The translations under genes were made by a program, and so were the position numbers. Shown piece after piece: positions 56,166 through 64,000 of a DNA stretch of 64,000 nt. The DNA is from a virus, in IMG/VR virus record IMGVR_UViG_3300020037_009719, positions 1,663-65,662 of that record. One strand, given 5' to 3'. Below the pieces are notes generated by a model. That model was given only the letters and a program-made list of their open reading frames with translations, ran no database searches and was not told the origin of the DNA. How positions within the stretch are numbered: the stretch's first letter is position 1; every line of letters begins with the position of its first letter.

Positions 56166-57460
56166 TGGCATGGAATACGTTAACAACAACAAATCAAGCT
56201 CTACAAAAAGATTATCTTTATGATTTTTCTAGTGGTAATTTTGTTTTACCGTTTAGTTTAAATTTATTTGACGGAATTGAAACTATAGGTTTCGGAACTA
56301 GTGGGATACATACTTTTGATTCTTGGAGACCTTCAACAGCTGGAACTTCTAGCCCTGGTTTAGTACAAAGTCCTGGTATGGGTTACTCTGTATTAATGAG
56401 AGCTTCAGGTAATCTAACTACTAATACTGATATTGATGGTTTAACCAAAAATATTACAGTTTCTGGGGAATGGATGACTAGAACTCACGTTTTAGCAGCA
56501 GGTGGATATGGTACTTATGGTGGTACTTTAGAAGGTCCATATGAATTAACTTATAACAGTGAAGGTTCCAAAACAGTTGATTTAAACTTATATACTCTTT
56601 ATAATAACACTTGGCAACCTCCTTATACTACACCTCCAAGTCCACCGTTACCTTCAATCGTAAGACAGGCAATTAAAAGTTTTACTTTCAATGTTTTTCA
56701 ACAAGCAGTTGCAGTTACTAAAATTAATAACTCTGCAGGAGCTACTTTAGCTGACGGTACAACTTTGAATGACATGGAATACGGTGACACTTTAACTCTA
56801 AATAAATCAAATAATAGAGGTAGTAGTGTTTCATCTCAATGGACTATCTATAAACAAGATTCTAATGGTATATATCAAATTGCAAGTAGTGGGGTTGATT
56901 ATACTTTATTAAGTGGAACTTTAACTTCTGATACAATTCAAGTACGTTGGGAAACAGATGGTTATTTTAAAATTGTCAACAGAGCAGAAGGTCAATCTAG
57001 TGTAAGTTCAGGGGTTAATTATGATGAGTCTAATTTAATTATACCAGTAGGTATTTCTGTAGTAGAAACTATTACTTTACCTTTAGTAGAAACTAACATT
57101 ACACCACAAGTAGTATATACAAACACTATAGTAAGTACAGACCCATTAGTTGGTGTAGATACTTTTACAATAGATGTTAGTGCTACTGTAGATACGAGTC
57201 AAGCAGAATGGAGTCAAACAATAAACAGTACTACTACAATTATTCCTATGACACAATCAACATGGACTAGTGAATTATTAGCTAGATGTAATATTAAGTG
57301 TCAAGTTAAAAGTGGTAATACAATAGTACAACAAGCTAACGGTTTAGGTCCACATCAATTTACTTTAAATGCTGGAGAATATAATGTCGGTTATTTAATA
57401 ACTCCTAAATCAGGTTATTTAGTGTTTACAAATTTAGTAACAGTAGGAGCAATTCGTTAA
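56165..57460 (+). CDS. putative tail fibre-like protein
   Basis: 431 aa, Thr/Ser/Gly-rich. Confidence 0.45.
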   Translation: MAWNTLTTTNQALQKDYLYDFSSGNFVLPFSLNLFDGIETIGFGTSGIHTFDSWRPSTAGTSSPGLVQSPGMGYSVLMRASGNLTTNTDIDGLTKNITVSGEWMTRTHVLAAGGYGTYGGTLEGPYELTYNSEGSKTVDLNLYTLYNNTWQPPYTTPPSPPLPSIVRQAIKSFTFNVFQQAVAVTKINNSAGATLADGTTLNDMEYGDTLTLNKSNNRGSSVSSQWTIYKQDSNGIYQIASSGVDYTLLSGTLTSDTIQVRWETDGYFKIVNRAEGQSSVSSGVNYDESNLIIPVGISVVETITLPLVETNITPQVVYTNTIVSTDPLVGVDTFTIDVSATVDTSQAEWSQTINSTTTIIPMTQSTWTSELLARCNIKCQVKSGNTIVQQANGLGPHQFTLNAGEYNVGYLITPKSGYLVFTNLVTVGAIR

Positions 57461-57470
57461 AAAAAAATAA

Positions 57471-60113
57471 ATGTCAACTACAATAAACAATACAACTCAA
57501 AGCAATTTTTTACCAGTTACAGTAAATCCAATTCCTGTAGCTACACCAGAAGATTTAATATATACTTTAGGTGGAACAGCAGATACAATTAACGGAATAC
57601 CAGGAACAATTTTTCCAAGTATAGTTTTAGATCAAACGACACCTGGAGCTTGGTATCATGGTGGTAATCCATTAATTGCTACAGACGCTATTAAAATTCA
57701 TGGTGTTAATATTGCTTCTATTTCCAATTCAGAAGTTGAAGTAGTATCTGACTATGTTCAAAAAGGTATTTTCGAATTGAGAAAAGATTTACCTTCAACA
57801 ATTACTAGTGCAATTTCTTCTGGAACACGTACTATTATAACTGTTGCAGGTTCTTTAACTTTACCTATAAGTAGTTATGTAGAAATAGTTAACGTTACTA
57901 ATCTACCTGATGGGTATTATAAAATTGTAGCTATTTCAGGTCCGATAACTGGATATAGTAGTTTTGAAATTGAATTTGATTCTAGTTTATTAAGTTTAAC
58001 AGTTTTATCTACAGCAACAGTTACAAGTCATCAATATTACTGGGATGAGGTTTATACAACTCCATTAGGTTTATATGCAGCAAGAGATACATCTATGGGT
58101 AACCCTAATTTTTATGAATTTATCGTTACAGGAAACAATTCTGAGTTTTTAAGTGTTTATATTGATGATCCAAACATTATACCTAAAACTGGTGATTCTT
58201 TGGTAATACAAAGGTTCTTTCAGACTGTAAATAGTTTTACCAATACATCTACTACAGATGGGATAAACAATGTACCTGCTTACTCTGAAAGTGAAACTTA
58301 TACGTTTACTATTCAAAATGTAACATCAACAGCATTTCCTGCTGCTACACCAGTTCCATATACTGAGTATCAATTAACATTAGATAAAAGTTTTGCTCCA
58401 ATTATTTCTGGCCCAGGTATGTTGACAGAAAAATATATGTTAGTTTTACTAAACAGAGCAGGAACATCACCTAATAAAGAATTGATTACAGATACTTGGA
58501 CTATGACAGAAGTTCATAGAGAACAATTATTAGGTGACCCTTATACTTATAGTGGTGTTACTTTACCTTCAGGTAGAAAAAATTACTTAAATTATAGTGG
58601 AGCTGAAAGATTAGGTTTTAAACAGTTATTATCAGGTATTATATCTGATAGCGATACCCCTTTTATTGTATTGCATTATGATGATAATGTAAAAGATAGA
58701 ATTTATAAAGGAGTTGGTGATGTAGAAGTTCACTTCCCAACAGTTATGATTCAAGATGAAAAAGGACCAGTTGTATTATCAAATAGAAATGCATTAAATT
58801 TAATTAATTCAACCTTTACAGACTCTAACGGTATTGGTGATTATAGTGCTTTATATATGAAATACTCATCAAATGCAACACCAGTGAGATACGGTTGGGT
58901 TTTTTATGATTTACGTATTATTGTAATCGATCATGCAGAATTAGCTTTTGCATTGAGTTATAATAGTAATAGAAACTATACATTACCACAACCTGTAGTA
59001 GCGACTGCTAATACTCAAGTTCACCCTACATTATCTAACCCGTTAACTATTACAGCTGTTAGTGGAAACACTACACCTTTACCTATTACAATTACTTCTA
59101 CTGGTAATCATAATTTTAAAAACGGGGATGAAGTATTCATTGAAGGTGTATTAGGTAATACTGCTGCAAATACTGTAAGTAGTATTCCTTATTATGTTCA
59201 AGTTGTAGATGCAATTAGTTTTAAAATTTACCAAGACAGTTTATTAACAACACCTATTATGAGTAACGGTATTTATACTGGTGGTGGTCTTTTATATGGT
59301 ACAAGATTAGCTTATGAATATTTTATTACTTATAGATTAAGAGGTAGTCATTATAAAACTGCTCCATATGCACAAGTAATTCCTTTCAATTTTGAAATAG
59401 GAGGTTTAGTAAGTACAGATCCATTATCAAATGTAAGTGTTAGTTTTAATCCATTAACTCATTTAGTAGATTATGACAGTACTACTAACACTTCTGGTAT
59501 CCAAGAAGGTTTTGAAGCAAACGATTATGAAGTTATTATCGGGAAATACAAACAAAGTTTAGTTAACTTAGAAGAAAGTGATGGTATAGAAGATGTTGTT
59601 TTAATACAACCTGTAGAGTCTTTAAAAAATCTATTATTACCACCTTATACTTTAAATGCTCAAAATACATCTCATAGTGTATCTTATACGAAAACATTAT
59701 ATGATGCTACAGTAGCTAGTATACCTGGACCACCTGATCAAAGTTATGATTTATTAAACAATTCAGATGAATATATTTATAACTTATCTAGTTCATTACC
59801 AGAAACATTATTTACTGCTGAGAACATTTGGAATATTGGATTAATTAAATATAAACAATCTGTAACTCAATATAAATTAACTTTTGAAGTAATAGTTCCT
59901 GCAGATAAATGGAATAGTACACAAAATCCTTCTTATGAAACAGGAAATTTATTAATGACAAGTAAATTTATTTCAGAGATTGAATTTTTGATTGAAGATG
60001 CAAACAATTTAGGTGATGTAATAGATTCACCTTATGTATATGCAAAAATATCACCAGTTTTAAGAAAAACTAACGATAGTAATATTGTATTGAGAATAGA
60101 ATTAGATTTTTAA
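57471..60113 (+). CDS. large tail fibre-like protein with one 'VLGNTAAN' repeat module
   Basis: 880 aa; EVFIEGVLGNTAANTVS at nt ~59131-59190, homologous to the repeats in the 1720-aa protein. Confidence 0.55.
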   Translation: MSTTINNTTQSNFLPVTVNPIPVATPEDLIYTLGGTADTINGIPGTIFPSIVLDQTTPGAWYHGGNPLIATDAIKIHGVNIASISNSEVEVVSDYVQKGIFELRKDLPSTITSAISSGTRTIITVAGSLTLPISSYVEIVNVTNLPDGYYKIVAISGPITGYSSFEIEFDSSLLSLTVLSTATVTSHQYYWDEVYTTPLGLYAARDTSMGNPNFYEFIVTGNNSEFLSVYIDDPNIIPKTGDSLVIQRFFQTVNSFTNTSTTDGINNVPAYSESETYTFTIQNVTSTAFPAATPVPYTEYQLTLDKSFAPIISGPGMLTEKYMLVLLNRAGTSPNKELITDTWTMTEVHREQLLGDPYTYSGVTLPSGRKNYLNYSGAERLGFKQLLSGIISDSDTPFIVLHYDDNVKDRIYKGVGDVEVHFPTVMIQDEKGPVVLSNRNALNLINSTFTDSNGIGDYSALYMKYSSNATPVRYGWVFYDLRIIVIDHAELAFALSYNSNRNYTLPQPVVATANTQVHPTLSNPLTITAVSGNTTPLPITITSTGNHNFKNGDEVFIEGVLGNTAANTVSSIPYYVQVVDAISFKIYQDSLLTTPIMSNGIYTGGGLLYGTRLAYEYFITYRLRGSHYKTAPYAQVIPFNFEIGGLVSTDPLSNVSVSFNPLTHLVDYDSTTNTSGIQEGFEANDYEVIIGKYKQSLVNLEESDGIEDVVLIQPVESLKNLLLPPYTLNAQNTSHSVSYTKTLYDATVASIPGPPDQSYDLLNNSDEYIYNLSSSLPETLFTAENIWNIGLIKYKQSVTQYKLTFEVIVPADKWNSTQNPSYETGNLLMTSKFISEIEFLIEDANNLGDVIDSPYVYAKISPVLRKTNDSNIVLRIELDF

Positions 60114-60418
60114 TGACTAAAGAAGAAACAATTCAACTTTTACAAGAAAACGGGTATGTATTACATCCCGTTTTCAACATTTATATTATACCTAGTAATG
60201 CTTTAAGTATATATTTTAAATTTAACAATGATAATGAAGTAATCGTAGGGAAATTAAAATGGAATCAAGTATCTTTAAAAGATTATAAAACTATAAAGTT
60301 AGCATACTTCAACCCACATCATTACAATCTAAAGACTCAGTTAGATCGAAAGATTGAGCAAGAAGCAAAAATTAAGAAAGCGAAAATGAGAGAAGCAATG
60401 CTTCAGAAAAAATATTAA
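60113..60418 (+). CDS. hypothetical protein
   Basis: 101 aa, ATGA-coupled. Confidence 0.45.
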   Translation: MTKEETIQLLQENGYVLHPVFNIYIIPSNALSIYFKFNNDNEVIVGKLKWNQVSLKDYKTIKLAYFNPHHYNLKTQLDRKIEQEAKIKKAKMREAMLQKKY

Positions 60419-60421
60419 AAA

Positions 60422-60763
60422 TTACTTTTTATATTTTTTTACTTTTTTCAATAAGTCCTTTTCTGACTTAGCAAAAATTCGAACATTATTATTATCGTCT
60501 TTATACCCTATATACTCACCGTGAGTAGTGTATGAAACATTTCCTTGAAACATAGGGGAGACCATATAAAAAGACTTAGGTAGTTTACCATCTGTTGCTT
60601 GAGAAGATTCAGACGGTTCTTTTTTCTTTTCACCATCCCAATTTTCATTCAAAGCTCCAATTTTATCTAAAGTTAAAATTATTTCATACAAATCACTGTC
60701 TGCTATGTTTGAAATAGATTCTTTAATTTTTTCTTTTAAAATTAATTTATTTACAGGGTTCAT
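60422..60763 (-). CDS. hypothetical protein (lone minus-strand gene)
   Basis: 113-aa well-formed ORF filling the gap between convergent + genes. Confidence 0.45.
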   Translation of the reverse strand: MNPVNKLILKEKIKESISNIADSDLYEIILTLDKIGALNENWDGEKKKEPSESSQATDGKLPKSFYMVSPMFQGNVSYTTHGEYIGYKDDNNNVRIFAKSEKDLLKKVKKYKK

Positions 60764-60806
60764 TCTTTTTTTTTAATAAATTTAAGAGTATTTATAGTAA
60801 AACACA

Positions 60807-61172
60807 ATGCCATTTCCAAAAAAAGATAAAATACGTAAAATGTGCGGTAATTGTTTCCAAGATTACTGGGTGAGACCTTGGAAAGCAAAAAGAGGTACAA
60901 AGTTTTGTTCTAAGAAGTGTAAGAGTGAGTTTCACAGTAAAGGTAGAAAACATTGGTATCGACAACAACAGTTGTGGAAGAAGTGTGAAAACCCTTTCTG
61001 TAAATCAGGTACATGGACTTTAAAATGGGAAAGAGATAGAGGGATGTATAAGTATTGCTCTAGAACTTGTGTATTATATTGTAAATCACATCAGTTTAAA
61101 TTAGACTTTAAACAATTACAGGAAAAGAAACAAGATGATATGAGAAGAAATATCTGGAGATTAAACTTTTAA
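60807..61172 (+). CDS. Cys-rich zinc-ribbon protein
   Basis: Four CxxC-type pairs (CGNC, CSKKC, CENPFC, CSRTC...C). Confidence 0.5.
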   Translation: MPFPKKDKIRKMCGNCFQDYWVRPWKAKRGTKFCSKKCKSEFHSKGRKHWYRQQQLWKKCENPFCKSGTWTLKWERDRGMYKYCSRTCVLYCKSHQFKLDFKQLQEKKQDDMRRNIWRLNF

Positions 61173-61174
61173 CA

Positions 61175-61633
61175 ATGAAGAAAAATATAGTTAAAGAACC
61201 ACAACGTTTTATTACAGCAGACTTACAAGAAGGGGAACAAGCTGTAATCTATTGTTTAAACCCTAAACAAAGATTTGTTAACATGAAATTTCAATATGAT
61301 GAAAAGCATAACTATTACAAACCTATAATATCTGCAGATAATGCAGTTGAAGTTGAGTTGAATGAAAAGTACAAAGAACAACTCGTAGAATTACAAGCTA
61401 AAATTATTATATTAGAGAACTTACACACAACTTATAATTACCTCTTTACTATCATTAATCATGAGTTTTACTTGGTATCTGTCTCTTTACATAATATGTC
61501 TCTAGGTTATGATATCACCTTGGAGATTGCAGATCAATTGAATATAAAAACTCTAACCCCTGTATGGAAAGGTACATACACGAGTTTTGTAGTAAATGCT
61601 TTCACAGAAGACATTTTTATACAAAGAAAATAA
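61175..61633 (+). CDS. hypothetical protein
   Basis: 152-aa ORF. Confidence 0.45.
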   Translation: MKKNIVKEPQRFITADLQEGEQAVIYCLNPKQRFVNMKFQYDEKHNYYKPIISADNAVEVELNEKYKEQLVELQAKIIILENLHTTYNYLFTIINHEFYLVSVSLHNMSLGYDITLEIADQLNIKTLTPVWKGTYTSFVVNAFTEDIFIQRK

Positions 61634-61747
61634 AAAAACATTGAAAAAACTTAAAAAAATAACTATTTATAGTTGAAGTGTTGATAGATTATGCTCACTT
61701 TTACTTTGTATTAAAAATAACTTTATAAACTTTTTATTTATCTTTTT

Positions 61748-62008
61748 ATGACTCTTTTAAACTTTTCTCTCGAAGAACAAATTTCTAGCTTAACTCTTCA
61801 ATTAAGTGATTTAAAATCACGAGCACGCGTTGTAAATTACAAAAACGCTCTTCCCAAATTACCTAAAGTTCCAAACTCTGCAACTTTAATAGGTTTCAAA
61901 AAAAGATTATCTAACTGGAAAAAAGGATTACTTTCTTTAGAAAGTGAACGTCTTCATCAATCTATCAAAAATGACCCAAACTTGTTACAAAATTACGTAA
62001 CTCGTTAA
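61748..62008 (+). CDS. hypothetical protein
   Basis: 86-aa ORF. Confidence 0.4.
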   Translation: MTLLNFSLEEQISSLTLQLSDLKSRARVVNYKNALPKLPKVPNSATLIGFKKRLSNWKKGLLSLESERLHQSIKNDPNLLQNYVTR

Positions 62009-62057
62009 TCATTATATTTCACAATTCTTTATTTATTAATTTTTAATTTTTATTTCA

Positions 62058-62831
62058 ATGTCAGCAGCAAACAACTTGCAAAAAACTCTAGAGCGTTTAG
62101 CACGCATGAACTCAGCAAACAAAACAACAACAACTACAACAAAATCAACAGTTAAGTACTTCAAAGCAAAACCTGGAAAGAACAACTTATTAGTATTACC
62201 AACACCGTTTGGTTCTAATGATCCGTTTTTAGAATGGGGAACACACAAAAATTTATTAGATCAAGCTTGGAAAGATGTAGCATGTATTCAACACAACCGT
62301 GGAGAAGAATGTGTAATCTGTCAAGTTGTAGAAGATTTAAAAAAACAAGATTGGAAAGGTAATTACAATTTATGGAAACCTTTAGAATTAAAAATTCGTT
62401 ATTATTCACCAGTTATTAATTTAGATGAGGTTGACGCAGGTGTACAATGGTGGGGTTACGGTAAATCAGTATTATCTCAATTTGAAAATTGGTTATTAAA
62501 CCTAGAAGAAGATGAAGCTCCTTTCTATTCAACAGAAAGACCAGAAAAAATTATCGTATCTTACAATGATCAAGCTGCCCCAACAGATATGTATAAGTTA
62601 GATAAAAAACTTATTGCTAAAGCATATTCAGCTTCTCAAAATGCTGAATGGGCAGAACAAATCAAACCTTTAAACGAAGTTATGACGTATGAAATGCCAC
62701 AAGAGAAAGTCTTAGAAGCATTAGAAGGTTATTTAGATCGTAGAAAAGATGAATTAGACGCTACATCAGTAGACGAGGAAGACGAAAACAACGGTCCGTC
62801 AAATAAAAAACTTGACAGTCTAAAAAAATAA
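62058..62831 (+). CDS. gp32-like single-stranded DNA-binding protein
   Basis: LLVLPTPFGSNDPFLEWGTH and zinc site CIQHNRGEECVICQ parallel T4 gp32 RFLPSKNDEQAPF...CSSTHGDYDSCPVCQ; acidic C-terminus. Confidence 0.65.
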   Translation: MSAANNLQKTLERLARMNSANKTTTTTTKSTVKYFKAKPGKNNLLVLPTPFGSNDPFLEWGTHKNLLDQAWKDVACIQHNRGEECVICQVVEDLKKQDWKGNYNLWKPLELKIRYYSPVINLDEVDAGVQWWGYGKSVLSQFENWLLNLEEDEAPFYSTERPEKIIVSYNDQAAPTDMYKLDKKLIAKAYSASQNAEWAEQIKPLNEVMTYEMPQEKVLEALEGYLDRRKDELDATSVDEEDENNGPSNKKLDSLKK

Positions 62832-62846
62832 TAAACAAATAAAAAT

Positions 62847-62877
62847 AAAAAAGGGTTGAAATATACCCTTTTTATTT
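62847..62877 (+). terminator. rho-independent terminator
   Basis: aaaagggt-tgaaatat-accctttt followed by a T-run. Confidence 0.6.
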
Positions 62878-62922
62878 CTCAACTAGTTAATCAATAAGTT
62901 TAACATATAATCTCTTTGTCTA

Positions 62923-64000
62923 ATGGCGAAAAAAGAAAAAGAAGTATCAAAAGTCGATGATATTTTCTCACAATTAATTACAGAACAAAACAATTTATTT
63001 ACTGGAGCTGCTGCTTCTGGTGCTGATATGTTTTCAGACGTTAAAATGTATATCTCAACAGGTTCAGCAATTTTCGACACTGTTATTTCTAATAAAGAAG
63101 TAGGTGGTTGGCCTTGTGGTAGAATCGTAGAAGTCTTCGGTGAAGAAGCAATAGGAAAATCAACTTTAGCTTTCCAAGCAATGGCTAATTGTCAAAAAAT
63201 GGGAGGTATTCCTATTTACTTTGACGTTGAGCAAGCAGGTTCTAGAGAAATGATGAAAGCTTGTGGTGTTGATTTGAATCGTTTAATTATCTCTGGTTTA
63301 ACTTCAATTGAAGAAGTATTCGGAGCAATGGAACAAAATCTAACTACAATTATCAACAACAAAGCATATAAAGATAAACCAATCTTTATTGTTATCGATT
63401 CTTTAGCTCAAATGACTACAGATGCTGAAGTTGAAGCAGATTATGACAATAACATGATGCTTAATACCCTTAAAGCTAAACAAATCGGTAAAGCTTTAAG
63501 AAAAATTTCTCCTTTCTTGAGAAAAGCAAATGCTTGTTTATATATTGTAAATCAAACAAGATCTAAAATTGGTGTTATGTTTGGAGACCCTACTACTACA
63601 ACTTCTGGTAAAGCTTTACCATTTGCAGCATCATTACGAATTAAATTGTTAGGAAAATCTCCAGTAGTTATTCCAGACCCTTTTGTTGAACAAGAGTGGG
63701 AGAAAATGTTGAAGCAATACGAATTTGAAGTTAAAGAGTGGCAAGATAGAGGTAAATTAGGTTCTAAACCTGAAAAACCTAAAAAACCAAAAGGTGATGA
63801 GGTAATCATTGGTTATCAAGTAACTGCAAGAACAGAAAAGAATAAAATCGGACCTCCAAAAAGAGAAGCTGAATTTACAATTATTTTCTCACAAGGAATC
63901 ATGGAAGAAGATGCATGGTTAGATTATGGTGTTAAGTATAACGTTATCAGACAACTTTCTTCTACTGAATTTGAATTCATCAATCATCCAGAAGTGGGTA
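62923..64000 (+). CDS. uvsX: RecA/UvsX-family recombinase (3' end beyond window)
   Basis: Walker A GEEAIGKST, Walker B IFIVIDSLA, RecA-like loops; ORF runs off the window end. Confidence 0.75.
   Translation, partial: MAKKEKEVSKVDDIFSQLITEQNNLFTGAAASGADMFSDVKMYISTGSAIFDTVISNKEVGGWPCGRIVEVFGEEAIGKSTLAFQAMANCQKMGGIPIYFDVEQAGSREMMKACGVDLNRLIISGLTSIEEVFGAMEQNLTTIINNKAYKDKPIFIVIDSLAQMTTDAEVEADYDNNMMLNTLKAKQIGKALRKISPFLRKANACLYIVNQTRSKIGVMFGDPTTTTSGKALPFAASLRIKLLGKSPVVIPDPFVEQEWEKMLKQYEFEVKEWQDRGKLGSKPEKPKKPKGDEVIIGYQVTARTEKNKIGPPKREAEFTIIFSQGIMEEDAWLDYGVKYNVIRQLSSTEFEFINHPEVG

Noticed and set aside
62883-63809. Minus-strand ORFs 62883-63080 and 63552-63809
   Set aside because: Antisense to the RecA/UvsX gene, which has unambiguous Walker motifs.

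Overview
AT-rich (~30% GC) segment of a large tailed phage. The promoter and codon style suggests a Bacteroidetes/Flavobacteriia-type host. Genes are densely packed, mostly on the + strand. Replication/recombination genes: PHP-domain DnaE-type Pol III alpha, a compact family-A polymerase, a DnaB/RecA-like ATPase, a gp32-like SSB and a UvsX/RecA recombinase. Other recognisable genes: MoxR-AAA+/vWA pair, QueC-like PP-loop enzyme, NTase-fold protein, Ro60(TROVE+vWA) homolog, metzincin, SPFH protein, tyrosine recombinase. Three homing endonucleases are present (one GIY-YIG, two HNH). The minus strand carries a cell-wall module (gpX/LysM-like, a 949-aa protein with a YkuD-like N-terminus, GH19 lysin). 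A late-type structural block includes a tail-collar fibre and giant fibre proteins with internal repeats. A tRNA cluster holds 6 cloverleaf tRNAs, several aberrant tRNA-like genes and a 3' tRNA half abutting an HNH gene. The most striking feature is an array of about 8 small compositionally atypical ORFs at 26.1-29.5 kb. Each ORF is followed by a ~77-99 bp imperfect inverted repeat bounded by RYYYAAC-like and GTTRRRY-like ends with a conserved 3-nt bulge, i.e. integron attC-like. The array ends at a tyrosine recombinase gene. Also notable: a 7-copy bipartite promoter-like motif GTTTAC-N11-TATCTTTAG, and a candidate Y-RNA locus downstream of the Ro60 homolog. Several six-frame-track starts are TTG/GTG; I re-set them to the in-frame ATG where one was evident.
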